NCBI GenBank assembly: GCA_023920165.1
Contig: CP089281.1
Coordinates: 1,674,001 to 1,738,000 of the forward strand
DNA from: Curvularia clavata
Taxonomy: Eukaryota
DNA length: 64,000 bases
Direction of reading: 5' to 3'
The notes under the pieces are model-generated. The model ran no database searches. It was not told the DNA's origin and worked only from the letters and a program-made list of their open reading frames with translations. This document shows positions 12,393 to 23,690 of the stretch, one piece after another. The position numbers were made by a program, and so were the translations under genes. The stretch's first letter is position 1, and the number at the start of each line of letters is the position of its first letter.

Positions 12393-13308
12393 CGCGTGCT
12401 TCGTATCCCCCGAGGTCAGACGGGTCTGCCGTCGGGGTCAAACAAGGATGCAGACTGCTGGTATCAGTGAGCTGTCAGTGTACATATGTAAGTGTTTGAT
12501 CAAATATTTGAAGCGGGAGAAACTGGGTGTGCGCATTTGAGCAGAGCAGAAAGGTTTGGTGAGGTATGGAGTCGAGAGGAATATCGAAGCTTTCTTGTAT
12601 GCAAGGCATGGAGTGGGTTTGGCATCCATGTAGACATGTAGTTTGTTCGAGCGCACCAGGGCATGGTTTGCGTGTCGAAGGAGGAGCAATGCATGATTTG
12701 AGTTGTGGAGAGGTGCGGTTCACGCAAAGTTACAGACGTGGTTTGCAGCGAGAAACGCACACAAGGCGTGTGGTTTGGTACGGTGCTGGAAGGTAGAAGA
12801 CGGACTGAGAGCCAGCAGAATTGCGCACCTGATGTGTTGCTGGCGCTTGCTGTGTCGTGTACGAAGACAAACGCGCCCCAGCGAGAGGCCAAAGTCGCGA
12901 CGCGGTGGCGTAGGTTTGTGTTGTTTGCACCTGGTGCCGCGCGAACATGACGGTCGATAAGATAAGACATTTATTCTATTGCATCAGATAAATTTGAGCA
13001 ATTCGTCGCGACAATTGTATAACCGTTTGCTTGACTATCCTGCACTTGATAAATAGAGGAGAGAAACAAATTGTTTCAGTCAATGAGTCGCATTTTGTTA
13101 GCTTGAATATATAGCTGTATCGATGTCACATCTTATGCAGTTCTTTTGCTCATAACATATACAGTATAACCGCCAGATAAACACCCATACCAGAAAAAGA
13201 TGTCCTTTTGGCGTCGACAAACTATCATCCATATTGTCATCCGCCTACGAATACCCAGGATAACCGATGCCGCAGCAGTTTGACACCTAAATGCCTCGTA
13301 AACCTACA

Positions 13309-14544
13309 TCAAAACCCATCACCCTCCTTCCACTCCCTCCCTGATTCCATTGCGCGATTCCTCGGATCCTGACCTCTTCGTTTAGCATCACGTTTCAAGC
13401 CATCCACCAACGGCCACAAGCGATCAATCTCCCTCCTATAATCTGCATCCTTACCCGGCTCCGGCACCTCTATCTCCTCTAGCTTCTTCTTATCGCCTTC
13501 TGCCGTTGCTTTCTTTATCGCCTCGTTGTTCTGCCACCATGTGTGGAGATTTTGCTCGTTCTCCTCCAGCTCCGACTGAAGCGCCTTGTATTTGTCATAC
13601 GCCTCTTCTCCACCAAAACAGAAGCCATACTGATCGCAGAAGCACACGTGTTCTTTGGGGCAAAACTTGTTTGAGCCCGTAAAGATGAATTGCCAAATGT
13701 ACTCGAAGATGCGGCCGCTGAGTTGATCGTGCATTCGTGTGTTAAGGATCCAGTCGCGGTACCAGATGTATTGTGCAAGAGGCTTTGCCTGAATGCGTTC
13801 TCTTGAGAGGGCGAATTGAGCGCAACAAGGTTGGGCAAGGACGGTGGGAACTTCGTCGAGGGGAAACAGTTCGCTCCATGATTTTGCGAGCAGAACCTCT
13901 TCCATCCTGCTCTGGTCCACCTCTGTTACGCCCGGATGGTGCCATGCTGGGCAACCCGGGTACCAGCTGCACCTCATGTTCACGTAGCCTTCTCTCCAGA
14001 CATGCGGCCGGCTCAGGCGGCTCACCATCTGATTTGCGGCTTTGCCCAGAATGTCTTCATTGTGCCATGCTAACTGGTGCGCATGCATGAAGATTGAGAT
14101 ATCCGGAAGCTCGTCGTAGTTGTCAATGATATAAGTCAGGTATATCATAACTTCGTGGCCCTTGTTCTTTGGCGGATGCAGCGGCGCACTTGGATCATCG
14201 GCGACGTAGACGGCCGTGTCTTGTTGTGGAAGGTTATCCTGTATCCAGCGTATGTCTTCATCCTTTGTCTTCGCAATCACCAACGTCGAAGTGTAGTTAT
14301 GGCCTGGAGGCATCGGCGAGCCTGGCTTGAAGAGGGGTCTCGGGTTCCAGTTGGAAAAATCCGCGTCGTTGGATACATTTTTCGAGGCCTCTAGACTGCC
14401 GGCGCTGCCAATGTGATCTCCCAAGCCGACATGTTGAGGCAGGTTGCGCCACGCCTCGCTGGAGGATATGCCCGAGTAAAAGAAGGTGGTGGTGAGCAAG
14501 ACGACGATCAGCGCAAGGAAGGGAATGGTATTTCGTCGGCCCAT
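13309..14544 (-). CDS. DUF3431 family protein (type II membrane anchor)
   Basis: N-terminal signal-anchor; NKGHEVMIYLTYIIDNYDELPDISIFMHAH, QPCCAQFALSRERI and SGRIFEYIWQFIF motifs typical of DUF3431. Confidence 0.88.
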   Translation of the reverse strand: MGRRNTIPFLALIVVLLTTTFFYSGISSSEAWRNLPQHVGLGDHIGSAGSLEASKNVSNDADFSNWNPRPLFKPGSPMPPGHNYTSTLVIAKTKDEDIRWIQDNLPQQDTAVYVADDPSAPLHPPKNKGHEVMIYLTYIIDNYDELPDISIFMHAHQLAWHNEDILGKAANQMVSRLSRPHVWREGYVNMRCSWYPGCPAWHHPGVTEVDQSRMEEVLLAKSWSELFPLDEVPTVLAQPCCAQFALSRERIQAKPLAQYIWYRDWILNTRMHDQLSGRIFEYIWQFIFTGSNKFCPKEHVCFCDQYGFCFGGEEAYDKYKALQSELEENEQNLHTWWQNNEAIKKATAEGDKKKLEEIEVPEPGKDADYRREIDRLWPLVDGLKRDAKRRGQDPRNRAMESGREWKEGDGF

Positions 14545-16437
14545 GATGCGAAAGGACGATGGAAGGAATGACTGCTGTCAGGAAGCCCTACAAGACTCCA
14601 TTTGTTAGAAGGATCCAATGCGTGTTTCCAGTGCTGAGCTTACGAAGTCTTGCGCTTGTGATGTGGAGGCGCCGCGCGGCGCGCCCCTTGCGAACGGGAA
14701 GGGAGACAAGAGCAAAGGCAGAAACAGCTGCCAGACTGATTGAGGCAGCAAAGGAGCACAGAGATGGCACAGATGCGACCGCGCTGCCCTAAAGGGTCAT
14801 CGCGGCCAGGCTTTCGTAATTATCGATGGTAGTTCCAGGTCTGGTGTTTTAAGTTCCCGCCCAAAACGGACCGGACGTAAACACCCCTGCCCTGCGAGCA
14901 GCCGTCATCGTCGACGACCGAGTCAGTGTGGCAATGAGCGGGTCCCGTAGATCTCCAAGAATACTTGAACAGACTAGTTAGGTGCTTAACGCCGCAGTTG
15001 TACCTGAACACAGAAGCCAGACGCTAATTCTCAATTGCAAGAGGAACGGCGACGAAGATTAATTCACAGAATGCCATTTTCTACGTGCTGATTACGTGCT
15101 GATATATGCCATGGATGCACCCATGCGGCTCAAGGTATCATCCCAGATGCCATTTAACATGATGCATAGTGGATGCTCAGCCGATCAACTGGCGAGATGG
15201 TACTACGAAGCCAGGAAACACAAATTGTGAGTGTGTGTGGTTGTAGGCTTTTGCTCAAACCCCAGATTGTTATACAAGTGGCGGAGCCTAGTCAGAAACG
15301 CCGTTATGCGTTGCGCGTCCAAGTGCCATGGTGGTCGCAAGAAAGGCAGGGCATTCATATGCAGTTATCATCAAGCACACAGCTACAGGCAAGGACATGC
15401 ATGCTGCGACGAGCAGGTCTGTGCGCGTCCAACGTGACACGCCGCATGCCGGCATGGAACCAGGAGGTCTTGATGGCAACCAGTGCGAAAGGGCTGACAC
15501 CAGTGGTTACAGCAATGGGTCTTGGGCGCTTTGGACTTTGTGCGCAGTCCAAGCCGAGTGCAGTGATGAGCAAGGCACGCATAAACAAGACAAAGCAAAA
15601 CAGGGATAAGAAAAAAGGTAAGTGAGACCAAACGGAATTGGGGAGGGGCACGCACCTTCCGCCATAGCTGGCTGTCAGAACCCGCACCTGCAGCGCATGG
15701 CTGTTTGCATGGAGCAAACACGACTCACCTAGACGGCTACAGTCACGGGCTCCAACACGGCACATAGCCCTGCCAACCACCCACTTTGGGCATGTCGGCA
15801 TGCGTCAGACAAAGCACGCACAAGGGGCTGGTAGATGGGGGTCATCGTGGACATGTTCGGGGCGAGTGTTTACAAAGCGAAAGTCTGGGAATCTTCGACG
15901 TCGAGAGGCTTCAAGCCCCATCCATTATGCTACTGGGCCGGCAGGGCTGCGCTGACATGATGGCGGTCATGGTGTATGATGATAGTGGAAAAGTATTTAC
16001 GGACAGTGCTGGTCATGCGGAAGGTGGTGTGGACTGGTTACTGGACGCCCAGGTTGCATCGAGAGGCAGTAGATAGAAGTACAATTTGGTGTCGATCAAG
16101 ATGACTGATGCTCCCCAGGGCTATAGACGATGCCCAGAAAGCATTTACCGAAGTGCTGAACCGTTTCTCCAAGGAAATTACCGAGCTGACGAAGGCTAAA
16201 AATCATGTCGAGCAGCACACTGGCACGCCCTGGTACCTTGCGTTTGCTGCGAACCATATCGATGAACTTTTGTCGTCCACATTCCCTTTATGTGCGTGTA
16301 AAAGCCGTATTAAACTGAACCCCAGTCAAGTAGGCAGAGGATTACAGAAGTGAAGTGCTGAAAAAGGCGCAAAACCGAGGAAGCCATACGAACCCTAACT
16401 TAGTACCGCTTGGGTTCTGCCTGGGTCAGCTGGGGAG

Positions 16438-17421
16438 CTAGCGGTATGAGCGATCGTAGTCACCCTCGTACGAGCGTCCTCCTCCTCCACCTCCGTACGC
16501 GTCACGCGGGGGAGCGCTGTCGTAGCCGCCGGCAGCTGGTGGAGGAGGGCGGTCGTAGTAATCACCGCCGCCACCACGGCGGTCGTACCTGCGCTCAGAA
16601 GCATAGCGGTCAACACCCCGGGGGCCATAATCGTCACGGCGTCCACCACCATAGCCGCGGTCATCGTATCGAGAGCTACGAGAGCCGTAGTCATCACGAC
16701 GACCATATCCGCCGCGGCGGTCGTACGAGTCGCGGTCGCCGCCATAGCGAGGACCGCCCCGGCCGCGTCCGCCAAAGTCTAGTCGGTCAGCTCATCACTA
16801 ACAAGGTAAACAACCACGTCCACTTACCGCGCTTGGGGGGTCCGTAGTACTTGCCCGGGGTAGGGGTACGAGGACGCGCACGACGAGCCTTCTCGATGCT
16901 CAATGTCCGGCCTTGGTGGACTTCTCCTTGGAGACCCTCCTTGGCAGCGTCCGCCTGCTCCGACGTGACCATCTTGACGAAGCCGAAGCCGCGAGACTCC
17001 TTGGTGTGAGGGTCGCGCATGATGTTGCACTGCTCGACGTCGCCATACTTCTCGAAGAGACGCGTGACCTCGTCCTCGGTAAGAGTGGGATGGATGCCGG
17101 TAACGAAGAGGTTGGAGCCCGAGTTGCGGCTCTCGTCGTCATCGTTCCTGCGCTCTGGGGGCGGACCACTGCATCGGCGTTAGCCATGCGTTCCATCAAG
17201 AGACGGCAGTAGAAGCAGCATCAACTTACCGGCTGTCGCGACCACCTGGAGAGGCGCTGCGGGGACGCGCGCCGTCATCGCGACGGTCACCACGCGGAGA
17301 CCTGCTGCGGTCGCGTTCATAGCCGCGAGGCTCGTCTGCAGTCCAGTCAGTATGGTTGCAAGCATTACGCGGGGCGGATAGACAAACCGTCGTAGGGGCG
17401 CTGCTCGTTCTCGTACTCCAT
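16438..17421 (-). CDS. Tra2/SR-like RRM RNA-binding protein, 4 exons (17421-17388, 17335-17230, 17168-16828, 16778-16438)
   Basis: Three canonical introns (17336-17387, 17169-17229, 16779-16827) give MEYENEQRPYDDEPRGYERDRSRSPR..., an RRM with RNP2 LFVTGI and RNP1 RGFGFV, then ARRARPRTPTPGKYYG and an RGG/YDR low-complexity tail. The ORF track does not show it as one gene. Confidence 0.9.
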
Positions 17422-18091
17422 GATGATGGCGGTGGGTCAGGAGTTGTGGTAGTTGGTTGGTTGGTTGTGGAAGGGTGTTTGTTGGAGCTGGAGTTGGGGC
17501 GTTTTTTTGGCACAGGGCTGATCGACAGTAGCCGCGTCCTACTTAGTAAGCGCCGCGCTAGGATGGCCGGTGCTGCAGTCAAGTGGAGTAGAAAAGTGGA
17601 AATGAAGGTGAAGGTGAGTGGCGGCACCGGGCGAGACTGGCTGCTATTTGTATGGGCACCGTAACCACCGAGCACCAGGCAGCTGAGCCGTCTGGAGTGA
17701 GGCAACCGCTAACGGCTACCGGCCGTCAACGCACATCAACCCTGCTGCCCGTGCCACGGTTGGTGCCATCCGCTGGCAAAGCATTTCCTGCCCTTTTCCT
17801 GCACGCAAATAGTGATGAGCGATAATCGTCATGATAGAGTAATATTCGTATTCAGGCGTATTGCTTCGTTGCCCTCGCCTATAAGACTTCATGCAATCCG
17901 GCAGCCAACCAATTACTCCATACCAAGGTACCCTGTTTGAAAGAAACTACCGAGATGCACCGCCCGGTCCCTGCTTAGAGACTAGCATTCCGCGCCGTAC
18001 GCCAATGGCATGCCCTTTAACCCGTCAAGAAGCCGTGTCACAAATGTTCAAAATACATAATACACACTGCGACATAGGTTGCCCCATGTGC

Positions 18092-18142
18092 AAGAAGAGG
18101 AGAAGAGGAAGAAGAGAAGAAGAAGAAGAAGAAGAAGAAGAG
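18092..18142. repeat. (GAA)n microsatellite with degenerate flank, just downstream of the Nto1-like stop codon
   Basis: About 8 perfect GAA units at 18116-18140, preceded by GAAGAG variants. Confidence 0.9.
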
Positions 18143-18175
18143 AAAAACAAAAAATGGCTGTATCACTGTCACCCA

Positions 18176-21100
18176 TTACCAGCCCCTTGACCGCTTCTGC
18201 CTCTTACGCGCCACAGCCTTCTTGATTGCTGCTACGTTTGAATCTGACGTGTCCGCAGGGCGGACAGGGTCGGAATCAGCTAGGCCGTCCAGCTCGTCAT
18301 CATCCAGTTCGCTCAACTCCTCGCTCAAGTCTCGGAGTACCTCGCGCCCAGTGTATCTTTCTTCATACACGGTCGTACCATGTACATCAAAAGTCTCAAA
18401 GTACCAGGGTACGCCGCCGTTACCCAGAGGATTGAGCAGGTTCTTCTCAGACCTTGGAGGTGTCAAGGGTTCCGGGCGAGCGTTGGCATTACTGTGGTTC
18501 TCTGTGAGAGCATCGCTTCGAGATTGGTTCCTGGACACATGTAGGGCGTCTTGGCCAAGCTGCAGTGCGATTGCTGCCTCGTCAGCCGCCTCGTCATGTG
18601 TGCGGTCAGCATCAGCAGCGTTTTCATCCGGAGTAGGTGCCATCTGCATTTCTTCAGGTTTCTGCATCGTTGCAGCTTCTTCTCCGTCGACAGCGCCTTC
18701 TTGAGCTTGTTCCACGCTCGGCTGATCCGTCTCTGTGGTTTGTCGGATGTTGTCATCGTGTGAGAGAATGCTGGGTCTGCGTTGCAGCTTCTGGTTGAGA
18801 AGCGTCTCCAGGTCAGGCAGTTTCTCATAAGGCCTGCCAGCCAACTCAGACTCCTTTCGCATGGCATCCTCGAAGTAAGGCTGCAAGACCTTAGTGATTC
18901 GCTTGACAACCTTCTTCATCTCTTTCTGCTCAGACGTCAGGCTACTGTGAGAAACCTGGTTCAGCTGTTGTTCAGCCTCGTTAATGTTAGTGACAGCAGC
19001 AAACCCGAGCTCTGAGCTCAAGACCGCAGCCATGTCGTCGTTGAACGCTTGTACAGATGTGTAGTACTTCTCATCGAGCCTAGTTTGGAGACGACTGAAT
19101 CCGTCGCTGAAGTAGCTTCGGCTGTCAAGCCTGAGACAAGGTTAGTGAAGGATAACCCAGAATGCAGAGCAGACTACTTACGCTTGTGCTCGAGCCAGGA
19201 TAGGCTGTAGTAATGTTGGGATCGGGAAGTAAATGCAGTCCACAATCTGCTGCAAGATGAGCACATCTTTGAGCTTTTCAGCTTCTCGCTGTTTGACCAT
19301 TTCGCAGAGTACGCGAATCTGCTCCATGTCGTCTTCGAGGCGCTCTGCAAATTCGATACGTCTCTGGAGTCGAGGTCGGCCGGCTGCGCCCATTCCCGCA
19401 AAATTACGGCGAGTAATCTCCATGGACGAGAAGGCTTCCATTTGCAACTGAAGGCGCTTGAGGAGGGCAGCACCACGTCGTGCCTCGCGCTTCAATGTCC
19501 AGTACTTGCACGCGTCTTGTACGAATTCCTTGCGCTTGCGAATGTTGAACCTGATCAGGGTGTTTTCGACATTATGGTATACGGCCTGCGGAACAACAGG
19601 CGCCCCAGAAGGAAGTCGCCAGGACTTCGCACCTGGTGCACGTTTACGCTTGTTGGAGCCTGGAGTATCATCTTCTGGTCCCTCGATAGAAGGCATTGCA
19701 TGGGATGATCCGATAGAAAGGGCATACGCCTGGCTGTCTGGCCATCGGACATGGCGCATTGTATGGCGGTAGAACGCCTTTGCATCTGCAATAGCACTCT
19801 CCACGTCATACTCCCGCTTCCAGTCAGACGGAGTATGGCGGTCGCAATAGGCCTTGAGCACAGTTGCATCCTGAGAATTTGCCGATTGTGACGCCTTCAT
19901 GCGTAAGCACAGTCTGGCTCTGCGTGCACATGTCACATGGAATGCCTCGAAGCAAGACTTGTGTCCGCACTGGATACAAGCGCCCATTTTCTGTTTGCAG
20001 ATGTAGCACGACTATGTTCACTTAGCTTAGTTCGCTGGGTCAACAGGAGCGTCATAATCTTACCAGCTTCCAGCGTGTCTTCGGCACCTTTTCGACATCC
20101 TGTACGGGTTCTTGGAAGGTTGCGTTGCCAAGGGTCACCTCTGGGATCCACATGGCACACAAGAGATGTGCCCACTTCATCGCCGTCGTTTGCTTGAATG
20201 CACCGTCTATGTTGGGGCAGAAAATGCAACCCTGTAGCAGTCAGTACCACACTTGGAGACAGTATATTGACGAAACAATACCGGAAGCTCACTGGCAGGC
20301 GTGCCCCGCCCTACGAGCTGACACCTTCTGCACAGCCATTGACCTTCTGGAATGAACGGCACGCCATAACATTCTTGATGCACGGCCAGGTCACAGCCGT
20401 CGCAAAAGACAATGGCATTGGTGTTCTCGCAGTCGCCGTCATCGCAAATGGCGCACTTTGTGTCTTGTTCCTCTCCTTGCCCTACAGGCTCGCCATTGAC
20501 AGCGGCTGCGCTGCTAGATCGCGGCCGATGCGTCTGCGGAGGCTTGGGGTTAGGTTTAGGTATGCCTTCTACACGTTAGCTGGCGCAATACCAACACAGG
20601 TAAATCTTGGCTTGACTCACGTTTCTCCAAAGCATGCCATTCCTTCTCAATCTGAGTGATGGTGACCTCGAAGATGGCTGGTTTGATGCCTTCAACGCCT
20701 TCCTCCTTTCTCTGTGCATTGAGCGCTTCCAGCCAGCGTTCGTCCTGTTCATCCATGTCGTATTCTACGCGACCTATAGCAACCGCACCTGCAGTCCCTT
20801 CAGCCTCTGTCTGCAGCGTGAGGTCAAGATCTTCTTCAATCGAACCCTCCGGAAGTCTGATCAAGCTATTTTCTGAACTCCTTGCAAAGATCTCACTCTC
20901 CTGATAGCCAATGTTTGCCATGGTCTTGTCCACATAGTTGATTTTGACTCCTTCACTTTCCTCGTGTTCTTTGAACGGATCTACTTGGCGTACCGATGGC
21001 TTGGGCAGGTTCAGTTTCTCGCGGGGGTTCATCGTCGGGAGCGGGTTGATGCGCGGTCGAGGTGGAGAGCCCAGCCCCGCAAGCATAGAGTGTCTGTCGC

Positions 21101-21698
21101 GTGGAGGTCGGCCGGGGCGTCGTTTTGGCGTCACGAATGCGCTTGCGTCTTCTTGCTCGGCAGCCTCAGCTTGCTGTGCTCGCAGGCCATCGAGAACGCC
21201 AGAGAGACCACTGTCGATTGCATATTGACCAGTTGACGAAGCATCTTGGGGGGTGCCTGGGGCGCTTTCCGCAGGGCTGATGCCATCGACCTGGTCGGCA
21301 CTGTAGACGGGGAACTCGGCATCTATATCAAGGTCTGGGTGAAATTCATCGTATGACCTTTCTTCGCGCGGCTTGAATCCATCGTTTTGAGCCACGGCTG
21401 CGGCAACTGCAGCAGCCGAACTGGAGCGCGGTCCAGCTGGCGGCCTTTCGCGTCGGGGTCGAGAGTATGAAGGTGAGGGCGCCGGTATGGAAAGGTCCTG
21501 TCTCCCTGCGCGGCTGCGGGCGCCCGTATAGCTGTATCCAGGCGTCTCTGCTCCGTCAAACTCGACGTATTGCCCACCTCCTCCCCTGCCGCCCGGTATG
21601 TACTTGCGCCGTTTATTGACAGGTGCCGAGTCGGATATGTAGCGCCGGTGTGGTCGTGTACTTCTCACGCGTGGCCGTGGAGTGTCGATTGGCGCCAT
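18176..21698 (-). CDS. NTO1: NuA3 histone acetyltransferase subunit Nto1 / BRPF-like (EPL1 region + PHD-Zn knuckle-PHD), 5 exons
   Basis: [13 protein letters not shown] (EPL1), [31 protein letters not shown] (PHD1), CIFCPN...[13 protein letters not shown] and [14 protein letters not shown]...FHVTCAR (PHD2). Introns at 20566/20569-20620, 20232-20281, 20012-20063 and 19131-19181 all keep frame. Confidence 0.9.
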
Positions 21699-22365
21699 GT
21701 AGACAGAGCGCAACGTGTCGAGAGGCCAGCAAGGGTGAGGCTCGAGGTCGCAGGATAACGCGCCGCGACTTGGTTTTCCACCGGGTGCCGTGAGAGGGCA
21801 GCGTGGTCATCGAATATCTGTGCGGAAACGTGGTACAGAGATGCCCTGCTTGGTGAGGTCCAGGCCGGGGATAACAAATGTGGTTAGCGCGCCAAGACGG
21901 GTGGTGGGCTAGTTCGCAGCGCCACAGCATAGCAGTTGTATGCCAGGCCTGACCGACCCTTTGTCTTGCCGTTCGATGCTGGGTTCAGCGAACCGTCCCC
22001 AGATCGCCCTCTTGGCTCCACATCTTATTCTTGAGATTACAAGAAAGCCGACCCCACTTTACACTGTACAGATCAGCGCTGGCCTAGCCACAAACTATGA
22101 AGCAGCCCTGTTCAAGTCGCATGAAAAGTGGTTGCTCCATGTACGTTTCAGGGCTTTTAGCACGATCATCTACTTCACTTGAAGTGCTCACAGTAAGGGG
22201 ATGAAGTAAGGATAGAGGTAACAGTTGACAGTTGTCTATTATTCTGGCTCTACAAACTGAAAATACAATTTCACGACAGATGAGAGTAGGCTTCGTCTCT
22301 ATTTCAAAGCGTGAAATGATTGCAGGACTTTGTTTCAATGTCTTCTGCTTCTGCAATATTCCAGA

Positions 22366-23415
22366 TCAAACACATCTGCAGTTCGGTGTATTAGGGGGCG
22401 TTGTAGGCAATCTACCCGGATATGGCGCAAGGCACCTCCAGCAAAAGTGACACCGACACTTTATACCTTCCTTATAGTCAGCCTTTTGCTGTAGATACGG
22501 CTGAAGTCGTTGTTTGGAGCGTGGAAGAAAAGGAAAACTCACAGTACATGTGATCGCATCCAGCGACCTTTTCAATACTCCTCCCGCATCCAGGACACAG
22601 CTTCGTCGTCTCTTTCAGTGTCTGTCGACTGGCCTCTTCCTCCTTTGCTTTTCGCATTGCATCCTCCCTGCGATCGTACTCTTCGCATGTCTCGTTCTTG
22701 TGCCATTTCACGTTATGGACGATACAATGAGCCCTTTCGCAAGAGCGGCATTCGAATTTCGGATTGTTCGGTAGGTGCACCTGGCCCGACTTGCATGAGC
22801 TGAGGCCGCACCAGAGCCAGTATGGATGCGCTTCTAGGGCCGCGCGCCTACTGAGCTCGAGACAGCTGTTTACCGAGGGCTAGATTAGATTCACAAGCAA
22901 TTTGGTGTAGAAAAGAAGTGTTGCGAATCGTACCGTTTGAAGACATCACTTGGCGCGAACTCTCGCATGTCAGCGAGCGTAAATGGTGATGAGCATGTTG
23001 GGCATTTGATGTCGTTCCAGACTTGGGTCTGATACTGTACTTTTATCCATGTTCGGAGACATCGTTTGCAAGTGTCTACGTGGTGCAAGCACTCCATGGT
23101 TGGAGGTCGTGTTGGAAAGTGGCGTAGCGATCGTTCACTCGCACATATTGTGCATTCCTTCTTCTTGTGGTTCGTGCGTTTCAGACGAAGCTGATGATCT
23201 TTATCTCGTCGACTTGGTTTTCTACTATTCGGTTTGCCTCTTGGAGCCTTGCTACTCTTGAAGTATGCTCTCCTGCGCGTTATTGGTATAATCTTTAGAC
23301 TCCAAGATCGTCTGAAGGCTGACTGTTCTTGCTCCTTAAGTCGTGCATCGCCATGAGTCTTTGATGGATGAGATTTTGTGCGTCTGCTCCAAAGGTGACC
23401 CAGCAAATATAACAT
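22366..23415 (-). CDS. RBR (RING1-IBR-RING2) E3 ubiquitin ligase, 3 exons
   Basis: RING1 CTIC...CLHHVDTCKRC...CPTC, IBR WCGLSSC...CRSCERAHCIVHNVKWHKNETC, RING2 CPGCGRSIEKVAGCDHMYC-IKCRCHFCWRC with the catalytic Cys in GCDH. Introns at 22866-22933 and 22467-22542. Confidence 0.85.
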
Positions 23416-23690
23416 CGCGAGCTTCCGGTTCGGTTTGTTGCAGCAATGATGAGAGCGCAGCCAGCAGAGGTGGATTTGATCCGGGAACAAAGAGCAGGGT
23501 AAGCCAAAGCTGTAACATGGTTCCTTCAGTTAGTCTTTGGCTATAGTGATAGGCTTTGTGAGCCTACGCAAAGCTTGGGGAGGGTCTTCTTGACGACACC
23601 AAACCCAGAAAATTGCCAGCACATGAATTGCCTAATCATGACCAGAGTTGCCATGTAGACATCTGCGCTGGATAATGTGTTGTTACGCAA

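Noticed and set aside
15173..16076. Stack of overlapping 70-150 aa ORFs on both strands
   Set aside because: No codon bias, motif or consistent frame; expected by chance in GC-balanced intergenic DNA.
16410..16847. His/Arg-rich 145-aa plus-strand ORF
   Set aside because: Antisense shadow of the RGG/YDR exon of the SR-like gene.
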